Assembly (NCBI GenBank): GCA_022823405.1
Contig: JAJDXD010000024.1
Location: 308 to 64,307 of the forward strand
Length of the DNA: 64,000 nucleotides
From: Gammaproteobacteria bacterium
GTDB taxonomy: Bacteria > Pseudomonadota > Gammaproteobacteria > Arenicellales > JAJDZL01
Reading direction: 5' to 3'
Position 1 is the first letter of the stretch. Every line of letters starts with the position of its first letter. The position numbers and the translations under genes were made by a program. Below, piece after piece: positions 39,375 through 48,991 of the stretch. The notes under the pieces were generated by a model. The model saw only the letters and a program-made list of their open reading frames with translations. It made no database searches and was not told the origin of the DNA.

Positions 39375-40484
39375 ATGCCGGGCTACAATCTAATCCGGCC
39401 GCTGCTTTTTAGACTGGACCCGGAGTACGCCCATCAACAGACGATTGCACTCCTTCAAATAGCATCGAACAGACCGCCGCGAGTAGCCAGGCTCACAGAA
39501 CGATATCGAAACAAGATACCTAAACTCCCGATTGAACTTTTTGGAAAGAATCTGAGCAATCCAATTGGACTGGCTGCAGGGTTTGACAAAAACGCAGTTG
39601 CATTCCCTGCTCTATTTGCACTGGGATTTGGATTCGTTGAGGTCGGCACAGTTACACCTAAAGCGCAACCAGGAAATCCCAAAGTTCGGGTCTTCCGTTT
39701 AGATCAGGAAGAATCGATCATCAATCGTTTGGGGTTTAATAGCAAAGGACTTGATGCAGTGCTCGGAAATCTTTCTGCATATTCGAGTCGTATTCGACCG
39801 GGAATTCTTGGCATCAATATCGGAAGAAATTCTGACACACCCAATGAACGGGCAATTGAAGACTATCTCGCTTGTCTCGGCGCAATTTACGAGTATGCGG
39901 ATTATGTCGTGCTCAATCTGTCATCACCCAACTCACCAGGCCTTAGGGTGCTGCAACAAAAATCCGAGTTTAACGAGTTAATTCATGCCGTTATGGAAAA
40001 GCGAGACGAACTGGTAGATAAGCATAGCGACAAACTGCTACCCATTGCGGTCAAGATTTCACCCGATCTCGAATCCGAACAAATTGATGTAATTGCAGAA
40101 CTCTCCTTGAACCATCGAGTTGATGCGTTAATCGCAACCAATTCCACGATTGCACGAACCGCACAGGTCTCGCACAAGCATTTCACCCAAACGGGCGGCC
40201 TGAGTGGTAAACTGCTGACAGATCAGGCTACATCAGTTATCAGTCGTCTCGCCAGCACCACCCGAGGTCAAATACCCATTATTGGTGTTGGAGGAATCAG
40301 TTCGGCTGAAGATGCCTGGAACAAATTACTGGCCGGCGCAACAGCACTACAACTCTATACGGCCTTGGTCTTCCAGGGACCCTCCTTGGTTCGTCAGATT
40401 GTTACCGGATTGGCCGAACGGGCCAAACGCTACGATGAGAGAAACTTTACCACTGCGATTGAACAGGCCCGAAACCAACTCTAG
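39375..40484 (+). CDS. pyrD: Dihydroorotate dehydrogenase (quinone), class 2
   Basis: RPLLFRLDPEYAHQ N-terminus, GLAAGFDKN, GFVEVGTVTP and GVGGISS. The in-frame ATG at 39375 is chosen; the track start at 39339 overlaps the previous gene. Confidence 0.95.
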   Translation: MPGYNLIRPLLFRLDPEYAHQQTIALLQIASNRPPRVARLTERYRNKIPKLPIELFGKNLSNPIGLAAGFDKNAVAFPALFALGFGFVEVGTVTPKAQPGNPKVRVFRLDQEESIINRLGFNSKGLDAVLGNLSAYSSRIRPGILGINIGRNSDTPNERAIEDYLACLGAIYEYADYVVLNLSSPNSPGLRVLQQKSEFNELIHAVMEKRDELVDKHSDKLLPIAVKISPDLESEQIDVIAELSLNHRVDALIATNSTIARTAQVSHKHFTQTGGLSGKLLTDQATSVISRLASTTRGQIPIIGVGGISSAEDAWNKLLAGATALQLYTALVFQGPSLVRQIVTGLAERAKRYDERNFTTAIEQARNQL

Positions 40485-41452
40485 GCTTGAAGCCCTCGAC
40501 TCTCATCTGCTCCGATCATCAGATTCATACACTGCACCGCAGCCCCACTCGCACCTTTACCCAGGTTATCCAGAATAGCAACGAGAAAAACGTGACCCGA
40601 AGGGTGCCCGCAAACCGTCAATTCAATACTGTTTGTGCCATTGCATCGCCTGGGATCAAAACTGTGTGGATCCGACTGAGTTGAATCCAGTTTTCGCAGT
40701 CTCACAAATGGTTCGTCCCGGTAACGTAATTCATACGCTGCCATAACGCTTTCGCTACGATCAGCGGTTGTGTCATCCAGCCAATCTGCATGCAAGGGAA
40801 TCTCTACTCGCATGCCTCTGAAGAATGGCCCAACCCGCGGCAAAAACTGTGGTTCGCGTTGCAAGCCGGCATACTTCATCATTTCCGGAATGTGTTTGTG
40901 TACCCGGTCTAAGGCATAAGGTGCTGAAAACGGTATGGACAGCAGTTCCTGCGCTGGACTCTCCCAGGTTTCGATTAAGCTTCGCCCTCCTCCGGAATAT
41001 CCCGACAATGCGTGAATTATCAACTGACTGTCTGCTGCAAGCAAACCCTCTTCAACCAGCGGTCGCAACAGCAGAATTGCTCCGGTCGGATAGCAGCCTG
41101 GATTGGCAACCTTGCCCGAAGTCTGAATGGACCGTCGAACTTCTGGACCAAGCTCAGGCATACCGAAAACCCATTCATCCGAGACGCGGTGTGCAGTACT
41201 GGCATCAATCACTCGGGTTCCATGCGCTTGTGCCCACTCGGCCGATTGCCTGGCGGCATCGTCCGGCAGGCAAAGAATCGTCAGATCGGACTCCCCAATT
41301 GCGTCCTGACGCACACTGTCTTCTTTTCTTAATTCATCGGGCAGTCGAATGACTTCAATATCAGACCGATTTTCCAGAAAATCAAATACCTGAAGAGCAG
41401 TTGTGCCGGCCTGACCATCTACAAATATTTTTGTGCCTAGCGTCTGATTCAT
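40481..41452 (-). CDS. argC: N-acetyl-gamma-glutamyl-phosphate reductase (short, uncommon form)
   Basis: 323 aa. Active-site NPGCYPT. The ATGA overlap with the upstream ABC ATPase gene suggests co-transcription. Confidence 0.9.
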   Translation of the reverse strand: MNQTLGTKIFVDGQAGTTALQVFDFLENRSDIEVIRLPDELRKEDSVRQDAIGESDLTILCLPDDAARQSAEWAQAHGTRVIDASTAHRVSDEWVFGMPELGPEVRRSIQTSGKVANPGCYPTGAILLLRPLVEEGLLAADSQLIIHALSGYSGGGRSLIETWESPAQELLSIPFSAPYALDRVHKHIPEMMKYAGLQREPQFLPRVGPFFRGMRVEIPLHADWLDDTTADRSESVMAAYELRYRDEPFVRLRKLDSTQSDPHSFDPRRCNGTNSIELTVCGHPSGHVFLVAILDNLGKGASGAAVQCMNLMIGADESRGLQA

Positions 41453-42549
41453 CCTTCCATAGGCAGCATTACGGCGCTGTCATCAGACCAAGTCAGCCAG
41501 ACTTTGCGATCGGTTGTGTACATCTGGTCCAAAACGCCTGTCAGGTTCTGCAACGCAACTGATATTGGGTATTCCCGCCCTTCGACATGTACGTAAAGGT
41601 GACTGCGATCACCAAGGTAGGCGGAGGGCCCCATACGACCTAAAACCGAGTTGTATTGCTGATCTGGCTGTTCAAAGGAAATCGAAAATTTTTCCGGTCG
41701 AACGGCCAATGTAAATTCATTTCCTGGACTCACAATGGTCTGTGGGGTAGCGATTTTGACATTGCCAAGCTCACTGGCCTCTCCGATTGCAATACCATCT
41801 GAGAAATCTTTCAGTGTACAGTCAAAGAAATTCATTGTGCCAATGAAATCTGCAACAAACCTCGATTGAGGTTGCTCATACAGCGAGCCAGGTGTTGATA
41901 CTTCGATGATGTTACCCTGATTCATCACTGCGATTCGATCCGATAGAGTCAGCGCTTCTTCCTGGTCATGGGTTACAAACACAAATGTAATACCAACCTG
42001 CTGTTGCAAAAGCCGAAGCTCGATCTGCATCTGTTCCCTGAGTTTTTTGTCCAGTGCTCCGAGCGGTTCATCAAGGAGCAGTACCTTCGGCTGCTTGATC
42101 AGCGCCCGCGCCAATGCGACACGCTGTCTTTGACCACCTGAGAGTTCATTGGAGCCGCGGTCTCCATATCCCGGAAGCTTGATCAGTTCCAGCATCTGTT
42201 CGATTTGTTCATGCAATTCCTGTTTCGACAGACCTGACTTGCGCATTCCAAACGCAATATTCTGGGCGACATTCAAGTGTGGAAAAATGGCGTAGTTCTG
42301 AAACACCATGTTTACCGGTCGAATATTCGGCGGCGACAACGTGACGTCCTGACCATCGATATGAATGGTGCCTTCAGTCGGCAACTCAAATCCAGCCAGC
42401 ATACGCAGCAAAGTAGTTTTGCCGCAGCCGGACGGACCCAAAAGAGAGAAAAACTCACCTTTCAACACGTCCAGATCTGCATTGTTTACAGCCCGGACAC
42501 TACCAAAATCCTTGATGACGTTGTTGATTGAAATGATGACTTCAGACAT
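41449..42549 (-). CDS. ABC transporter ATP-binding protein, PotA/spermidine-putrescine type
   Basis: Walker A GPSGCGKTT, signature LSGGQRQRV, and a C-terminal TOBE-like domain. The ATG at 42547-42549 (MSEVIISINN) has GAAGGTG upstream; the track start is 42588. Confidence 0.9.
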   Translation of the reverse strand: MSEVIISINNVIKDFGSVRAVNNADLDVLKGEFFSLLGPSGCGKTTLLRMLAGFELPTEGTIHIDGQDVTLSPPNIRPVNMVFQNYAIFPHLNVAQNIAFGMRKSGLSKQELHEQIEQMLELIKLPGYGDRGSNELSGGQRQRVALARALIKQPKVLLLDEPLGALDKKLREQMQIELRLLQQQVGITFVFVTHDQEEALTLSDRIAVMNQGNIIEVSTPGSLYEQPQSRFVADFIGTMNFFDCTLKDFSDGIAIGEASELGNVKIATPQTIVSPGNEFTLAVRPEKFSISFEQPDQQYNSVLGRMGPSAYLGDRSHLYVHVEGREYPISVALQNLTGVLDQMYTTDRKVWLTWSDDSAVMLPMEG

Positions 42550-42553
42550 TGAA

Positions 42554-43363
42554 TTACACCTTCGACTTGTTGCCGAGATCGACACCACCGCGCCTGATCA
42601 ATTCAGCGGCAAAAATAACGACCGTCGATACCATCACGATAATCGCTCCAAGTGCCAGCACTGATGGCAGTTTATCTGGAAATCGCAGCTGACTCCAAAT
42701 ATGCAGTGGTAATGTCGCGTCCGTTCCGGCAAGAAAGAATGCAAGAATAAATTCATCAAAGGAAATCGTGAAAGTCAATAGAAAGCTTGCAACGACACCC
42801 GGCAGAATTATCGGAAAGGTTACCCGCCAAAATGTCCACCACGCGTTTTCACCTAGGTCCTGAGCAGCTTCTTCATAGCTCTTGTCAAAACCTTCCATGC
42901 GCGAAATTAGCACGAGCATCGAAAATGGTGTGCAGAGCATCAGGTGACCAATTCCAACCGTAATCAGCGACAACTTTATTCCACCTACGCTAAATGTCAT
43001 TAGCAGAGATATTCCGAGAATTATTTCCGGAATGACCAGTGGCACCATGATAAAACTGATTAATAGGCCACTTCTTCGCATTCGATAACGGGTTACGGCT
43101 TTCGCCGCAAAGATTCCCAGCACGGTACTTAAGAGGGCGACGCTAAGGCCAACCTTCAAACTGTTGATGAGCGCGTTCTGCAGACCCTGACTATCCGCCA
43201 GTTGGGCGTACCACTTGAAGGTAAATCCCAACAGTGGAAAAGTAATGTATTGCGAATCATTGAACGAGAACAGCGGTAGTACAGCAACCGGTGCATACAG
43301 AAATATCAGGTATATCACCGCATAGACGGACAGCGTGTTAAGTCTGGATCGGGTACGGATCAC
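42554..43363 (-). CDS. ABC transporter permease (PotC-like)
   Basis: 269 aa with 6 TM helices and an EAA loop (EEAAQDLGENAWWTFWRVTFP). Confidence 0.88.
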   Translation of the reverse strand: MIRTRSRLNTLSVYAVIYLIFLYAPVAVLPLFSFNDSQYITFPLLGFTFKWYAQLADSQGLQNALINSLKVGLSVALLSTVLGIFAAKAVTRYRMRRSGLLISFIMVPLVIPEIILGISLLMTFSVGGIKLSLITVGIGHLMLCTPFSMLVLISRMEGFDKSYEEAAQDLGENAWWTFWRVTFPIILPGVVASFLLTFTISFDEFILAFFLAGTDATLPLHIWSQLRFPDKLPSVLALGAIIVMVSTVVIFAAELIRRGGVDLGNKSKV

Positions 43364-43366
43364 TGC

Positions 43367-44275
43367 CTAAGCCACCTTCTTTCGGAACAATTGGGTCGCA
43401 CCTAACAATAAGCAGACGACGAGTGTTACTGTAATCATTGAAATGATCGATAAGGCCGCTCCCAAGGGCCAGTTGAGCGCCTTGCCGAACATCGACTGGA
43501 TAATATTACCAATCATAATGCCGCGAGTACCTCCCACCAGCGACGGTGTAACATAATCACCAACCGTTGGAATAAATACCAACAGACTGGCAGCGATAAC
43601 GCCAGGGAGTGAAAGGGGTAATGTAACTCGAATGAAGGTCATGAAAGCACTCTCGCCCAGATCTCGAGACGCTTCAATCAGCGATCTGTCAATTTTTTCG
43701 AGCGATACATAGATCGGCAAAATGGCAACTGCTGCCCAGGCATGGGCTAATGTGATCACTACTGCAATCGGGTTATAGAGAAGAAACTCCAACGGTTCAG
43801 CGATGATGCCCAATGACATGAGCCCAGAATTGATGACGCCGTTGTATCCCAAAATCACTTTCCAGGAAAAAACTCTGAGTAAATAACTTGTCCAGAATGG
43901 AATTGTGACAAGAATGATCCATATCATCTTGTTCCTTTTGACGTGGAAAGCAATGAAATAGGCCAACGGATAGGCCAACAGTACCGTAACCAGCATCACC
44001 AGCAGGGAAATGCGGATCGACCGGTAGAGAATGAGGTAATAGATTTTTTTGCGAAAGAAATCTGCGTAGTTCGTCAGGGTGAAGGTCTGAATCAGATCGA
44101 CGTATTCCTGCTTCCAGAAACTCAGAGTGACCAGAATCATCAATGGAAACAGCAGACCTAGCAATACGATGGTTAGAGTAGGAGACAGCAGCGTGTAGCC
44201 ACGCATAGCTTCACTTCTTCGAAACCGTAACTGGAACCGCGAAACCAATGATTGTTCAGATGCTGCCGATGGCAT
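43367..44275 (-). CDS. ABC transporter permease (PotB-like)
   Basis: 302 aa with an EAA loop (IEASRDLGESAFMTFIRVTLP). The start could be the internal MRGYTLLSP. Confidence 0.88.
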   Translation of the reverse strand: MPSAASEQSLVSRFQLRFRRSEAMRGYTLLSPTLTIVLLGLLFPLMILVTLSFWKQEYVDLIQTFTLTNYADFFRKKIYYLILYRSIRISLLVMLVTVLLAYPLAYFIAFHVKRNKMIWIILVTIPFWTSYLLRVFSWKVILGYNGVINSGLMSLGIIAEPLEFLLYNPIAVVITLAHAWAAVAILPIYVSLEKIDRSLIEASRDLGESAFMTFIRVTLPLSLPGVIAASLLVFIPTVGDYVTPSLVGGTRGIMIGNIIQSMFGKALNWPLGAALSIISMITVTLVVCLLLGATQLFRKKVA

Positions 44276-44378
44276 GAACTTGCGCCTTTAGCGTCAATCT
44301 AGTGAGAAGGGCAAACGATTTGGCACTGAACTTAAGCTCAGTGGGTAATTATTGTCTAGTGCGTCAATTGAACAACTC

Positions 44379-44405
44379 GGGGGTTCGAAAAATCATCAAA
44401 CCCCC
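44379..44405 (-). promoter_or_regulatory. GC-rich stem-loop (GGGGGTT-n13-AACCCCC) between the SBP gene and the first permease gene
   Basis: Read directly from the sequence. It lies about 30 nt downstream of the SBP stop codon. Confidence 0.45.
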
Positions 44406-44434
44406 AATATTGTTGTCCAGAATCAAAAAGGGCT

Positions 44435-45571
44435 TTACAAGCCGGCTTTGACTTCCTCAAACATGGACTGCAGAGCAGCTTCATTGCCGATCGGCACCTG
44501 AAAGATGCCGGCGCTCAACAATGCTTCCGGATCACGTGAAAGACCGCGGTCGGCGAGCGTTGCTTCATCGACAAGACCGTACGCATCGATATTTGAATGG
44601 CCGTACCCTTCTTCAAGAATTGAAAAAGCACCTGATTCAGGAGCAAGAAACGCATCAATGACTTCGTAGGATTTATCGAGTTTCGCAGGGTCCGCATCCG
44701 TCATCAGACAGAATCCACAAACCCATGTCATTGCACCTTCTTTTGGATTCATGTACTTGACATTGACGCCTGCAGCCTTGAGTGCCGTAAATGCATCGTT
44801 CCAGGAGCTAGTGGCAACCAGTTCACCCGCCGCCATTGAATTTTCCAAATCGGTCGGGCTGGTCCAATAGTAACGCAGCAAGGGCAGCTGTTTTCTCAGC
44901 AGTTCCCTAGTTACTTCGACTTCAGCGTCTGTCATGTTAAATGGGTCTGCTGCCCCGCCGTAAATGGCTGCAACCATCACACCATCAATCAGGCTGTCGG
45001 ACATAGACAGGCGACCTGAATAGCGTTCATCCCACAGAATGCCCCAGGTTTCATCTTCCTGATACTGTTCATCAACCAAATCCGGGCGATACAGCACCGA
45101 AGTCAAACCCCAATCTGCTGCGACAAAATAGTTATCACCGTTAGCCATCATACCTGGAATATTTTTCAGGCTGGGAATGACGCTGTCCCAATACTTTAGA
45201 CGGCTGGTATCAATGGGTTGAATGATGCCTGCATCTCGCCAGATTTCCACCTTGTACGAACAAGGATGGGTAACATCAAACTGCGCACCGGCCTTGATTT
45301 TGGCGAATGCTTCTTCTTCATCCCCGAAGATGGAGAAATTCGGATATTCACCATATTTCTCAAAGTACTCTCCGTGGTGCTCGTTTGCATCCCAACCCTC
45401 CCAGGTAAATACATTGGGGTGATCCGATGCAGCGGCATTCACAGGACCAGAAAAGACTGGCAACATCACGGTTGTGATTCCGGCAGAGGCAAGAACCTTA
45501 TTGAACTGACGTCGAGACATTTTGCCAGTTGCAAGCTGCTCAATATAGTCGTCTCTATTAAATTTTTTCAT
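44435..45571 (-). CDS. Periplasmic substrate-binding protein (PotD/PotF-like) with a twin-arginine signal peptide
   Basis: MKKFNRDDYIEQLATGKMSRRQFNKVLASAGITTVMLPVFSGPVNAAAS contains the SRRxFxK Tat consensus. The ATG at 45569-45571 has AGGAG 8 nt upstream; the track GTG start is 45580. Confidence 0.85.
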   Translation of the reverse strand: MKKFNRDDYIEQLATGKMSRRQFNKVLASAGITTVMLPVFSGPVNAAASDHPNVFTWEGWDANEHHGEYFEKYGEYPNFSIFGDEEEAFAKIKAGAQFDVTHPCSYKVEIWRDAGIIQPIDTSRLKYWDSVIPSLKNIPGMMANGDNYFVAADWGLTSVLYRPDLVDEQYQEDETWGILWDERYSGRLSMSDSLIDGVMVAAIYGGAADPFNMTDAEVEVTRELLRKQLPLLRYYWTSPTDLENSMAAGELVATSSWNDAFTALKAAGVNVKYMNPKEGAMTWVCGFCLMTDADPAKLDKSYEVIDAFLAPESGAFSILEEGYGHSNIDAYGLVDEATLADRGLSRDPEALLSAGIFQVPIGNEAALQSMFEEVKAGL

Positions 45572-45744
45572 TCTATTCACTCCTAATGATTACTCAATAA
45601 TTTTCGATTTTACATAAATTCAGTCATGCACAATCCAGCAAATTTTAACGCCTTGCCAATTGAATATTGGAATCTATTGCCATGCTTTGAATGAACCGGC
45701 GTGCACAATGTGTAATCTTTACCCTACAGGATTGGAGACCCGGA

Positions 45745-47805
45745 CTACGCTAAATCCAAAGCCTTCTTTCTGTTGTCGGCCCAAGTTCGAATAATTTGAT
45801 CGACTGCCAGGCCCATGAATGCAACACAAAGGCCAAGAGTCAATCCAATTCCAGTACCCTGCGGATCAGAGATAGCCTTCAAGATCAACTGACCTAGATC
45901 GGTTGTTCCTATGAACGCCCCAATGATGACCATGAACAGCGCAAAAATCACGGTCTGGTTGATGCCAAGCATAATGTGCGGAAAGGCAAGTGGCAGCTCA
46001 ATTGATATCCATCTTTGCCATCTTGACACACCAAGCATGGATCCAGCATCATGCATGACCTGGGGCACGCTTCGAAGCCCTTCTACCGTGTATCGGGTCG
46101 CCGGTACAGAGGCATAGACAACTGTTGCAATGATGACCGAAGTATCGGTAATGCCAAACAGCATAATGACCGGAATCAAGTAGATAAACGAAGGAAAAGT
46201 CTGAAGGAAATCGCAGATTAGTAATATGACTTTGCTGGCAGTATTGTTTTGAGCGCAAATCGACCCGACAACTATCCCGAAAACTGCGGAAACGATCACC
46301 GCAAATGATGCGATGTATGCGGTAATCAGAGCTCTGTCCCAGTATTCCGACAGCGCGATGAAAAGAAGGAAGCCGCCAATAATCAAAGCCTGTCTGACTC
46401 CAGCAAGAATATAGCCAGCACCCATCATCAGAACAAATGTCGCAGCTACTGGCATGGCAAGATACATACTCTTCATTGGCTCCAGGATTTTAGTAATCAG
46501 GAACTCATTGAACGCTTTAAGCGCGTAGAAGAAAGTATCCCAAATCCAGTCGACCGTCAATTGCCAAAACGGCGCGGTGGTAATTCCTTTATTGTGCGGC
46601 ACAATGTAAAGATAGTTGTAACTATCCCGGAAAATGAAACTGCCGATATAAGCGAGAATCGAACCCAGTACAAACACAACTAGTGCAACCAGTGCAAACC
46701 TGTTGCGTTGAAAAAACGTGAGGTCAGCGAAATAATCGGTCTGTTTGTTAGCCCAGGCTAATGACATCTTATCGAGCAGAACAGCGATCAGCACGATGCA
46801 TACGCCAATCTCGATGCCAGTTCCCACTCGTAGTGAATTGAGTGCAATCATCAGATTTGAACCCAAGCCCTGGGCGCCAATGAATGAAGCAATGACTGTC
46901 ATTGCCAGACACTGCATGACAACCTGATTGACACCAATCAAGATATCACGCCTGGCGGTAGGAATCAGCACTCGAAACATCATTTGAAATGCATTGCAAC
47001 CACTCATCAAACCAGAATCTACGATATCTGCGGGTACCTTTTTCAATCCCAATAGCGTCAATCGCACCATTGGTGGCGAAGCAAAAACAATTGTCGCAAT
47101 TGCCGCAGCATGATCGCCCACACCGAACAGGACAATAACAGGTACCAGGTAGGAGTAATGCGGCATGGTCTGGGCAACATTCAGCAGCGGATTCAGCGCA
47201 ATCTCAACCGCCTTACTTTTGAAAGCCCAGATTCCAAAAATCAATCCAAGCAGCACCGAAACTGGTGCAGCAATCAGAACAAAAGACAGTGTCTCCATAG
47301 ATGGTTTCCACTGACCAAATACTGCAAGGTAAATGGTGCAAATTCCAGCAAGAATCGCTAAGCCTTTGCCCTGCAGCTTGTATCCAAGAATGATTGCCCA
47401 ACCAGCGATGACTGTCCAGGGAAGTGCTGGCCAACGCACCCACGGATTTTCGTTGATGAAGTCCCAATCTGTAAACGCAACGACGGTTTTGACACCACCG
47501 AGAAAAATCTCGCGCACGAAATTGATAACCAGCAAGAATATGCTGGATATTGAACGGGTAAATTCCCTAAACAGTGGTTTTTCCTCGAAATCATCAATTA
47601 TCGGGTCGTAGACCTGGACGGGCATCCAGTCAAACATCAGGTACCTAACTGAGTCATTGATGATGAAAGGCAATTGTTTGAGGAGTGGCGGAAATCGCCA
47701 CAGGACATTGGAGTCAGATGGACTGATGAGCAGACAGAGTAAAAAAAACACCGCCAGCAAGACGAAAAACTGAACAGCTTTTGGATGTTTGGTAAGGAGA
47801 TCCAT
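45745..47805 (-). CDS. Fused double-domain ABC permease, glycine betaine/proline betaine (ProW/OpuAB) type
   Basis: 686 aa with two BPD-type permease modules. Each module has its own EAA-like loop (VDSGLMSGCNAFQMMFRVLIPTA and HDAGSMLGVSRWQRWISIELPLA). Confidence 0.88.
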   Translation of the reverse strand: MDLLTKHPKAVQFFVLLAVFFLLCLLISPSDSNVLWRFPPLLKQLPFIINDSVRYLMFDWMPVQVYDPIIDDFEEKPLFREFTRSISSIFLLVINFVREIFLGGVKTVVAFTDWDFINENPWVRWPALPWTVIAGWAIILGYKLQGKGLAILAGICTIYLAVFGQWKPSMETLSFVLIAAPVSVLLGLIFGIWAFKSKAVEIALNPLLNVAQTMPHYSYLVPVIVLFGVGDHAAAIATIVFASPPMVRLTLLGLKKVPADIVDSGLMSGCNAFQMMFRVLIPTARRDILIGVNQVVMQCLAMTVIASFIGAQGLGSNLMIALNSLRVGTGIEIGVCIVLIAVLLDKMSLAWANKQTDYFADLTFFQRNRFALVALVVFVLGSILAYIGSFIFRDSYNYLYIVPHNKGITTAPFWQLTVDWIWDTFFYALKAFNEFLITKILEPMKSMYLAMPVAATFVLMMGAGYILAGVRQALIIGGFLLFIALSEYWDRALITAYIASFAVIVSAVFGIVVGSICAQNNTASKVILLICDFLQTFPSFIYLIPVIMLFGITDTSVIIATVVYASVPATRYTVEGLRSVPQVMHDAGSMLGVSRWQRWISIELPLAFPHIMLGINQTVIFALFMVIIGAFIGTTDLGQLILKAISDPQGTGIGLTLGLCVAFMGLAVDQIIRTWADNRKKALDLA

Positions 47806-47810
47806 AAGGT

Positions 47811-48857
47811 TCAGTTTTCTGTCGATTCTGCAGATCGACCTCCAAACAGTACTTTAATGACGTGAGACGCATGCAAGGTTCCAACGATGTTGTCTTTGGC
47901 ATCCACCACTGCTACCGGCCTTTCTTCGCTGAGGATGTCTTCTGCTACGGAATCAACAATCGCATCCTCGGACACCCGCAGTTCGCCCAGTCTTTCTGAT
48001 TCATCCAGAGGATCCATGATTGATCTGACAGTCAGTACTTTTTCGCGTGGCACGTCCTCTGTAAACCTGCGAACATACTCGGTTGCGGGGTTAAGTACGA
48101 TATTGGACGGTGTATCCAACTGTTCGATTACACCATCTTTCATGATCGCGATACGGTCCGCCAGTCGAAGCGCTTCATCAAAATCATGTGTTACGAATAG
48201 AATGGTTTTTCCAAGAACACCCTGTAGCCGCAGAAATTCATCCTGCATCTCCTTGCGAATCAGGGGATCTAGTGCGGAAAACGGTTCGTCCAGAAACCAA
48301 ATGTCGGGTTCCACTGCGAGTGAACGGGCAATTCCTACTCGCTGCTGCTGGCCACCCGATAGCTCCCTTGGGAAGTAATTCTCCCGTCCCTGAAGTCCAA
48401 CTAGTTGGACCATCTGCGCAGCCCGTTCTACACTTTCACGGGTACTGCTACCCTTGACTTGAAGAGGAAAAGCGATGTTCTCAAGCACAGTCTTGTGTGG
48501 AAGCAACCCAAAGCTCTGAAACACCATGCCCATCTTGTTTCGCCGCAACTCGATGAGCTGTTTTTTGGTTAGTGCCAGCAAGTCCTGTCCATCAACATAT
48601 ATCTTCCCCGCGGTCGCATCAGTCAGTCTTGAGATACAGCGTAACAGTGTTGATTTCCCAGAACCGGACAGTCCCATTATTACCAATAACTCTCCCTGAA
48701 CGACCTCCAGAGAAACATTATTGACGCCAACAATTAAACCAGCTTCAAGAAACTTGATACTGTCTACAACGCCGTTGACTTGATCGAGAGTTTGCTTGGC
48801 ATTGTTGCCAAAGATTTTGTAGACAGACTCACATTTGATTACGGGATTTGAAGACAT
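47811..48857 (-). CDS. ABC ATP-binding protein, ProV/OpuAA type with C-terminal CBS pair
   Basis: Walker A GLSGSGKST, signature LSGGQQQRV, and a CBS-like C-terminus (LTVRSIMDP...VAVVDAKDNIVGTLHASHVIKVL). Confidence 0.9.
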   Translation of the reverse strand: MSSNPVIKCESVYKIFGNNAKQTLDQVNGVVDSIKFLEAGLIVGVNNVSLEVVQGELLVIMGLSGSGKSTLLRCISRLTDATAGKIYVDGQDLLALTKKQLIELRRNKMGMVFQSFGLLPHKTVLENIAFPLQVKGSSTRESVERAAQMVQLVGLQGRENYFPRELSGGQQQRVGIARSLAVEPDIWFLDEPFSALDPLIRKEMQDEFLRLQGVLGKTILFVTHDFDEALRLADRIAIMKDGVIEQLDTPSNIVLNPATEYVRRFTEDVPREKVLTVRSIMDPLDESERLGELRVSEDAIVDSVAEDILSEERPVAVVDAKDNIVGTLHASHVIKVLFGGRSAESTEN

Positions 48858-48929
48858 CGTATTTTTTCAGATCAGGATGTTCTTCAGGTGCTTTTTATTG
48901 AAATGTTGAATCTCGCAGAGCGAGGAAAC

Positions 48930-48953
48930 AAATCCCCCTTTGCAGGGGGATTT
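48930..48953 (-). promoter_or_regulatory. Perfect 9-bp stem-loop (AAATCCCCC-n6-GGGGGATTT) between the SBP and ATPase genes
   Basis: Read directly from the sequence. It lies about 40 nt downstream of the SBP stop. Confidence 0.5.
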
Positions 48954-48991
48954 GAAATTTTTCTAGTTGTCAGATTATTGTGTCTGTCCGA

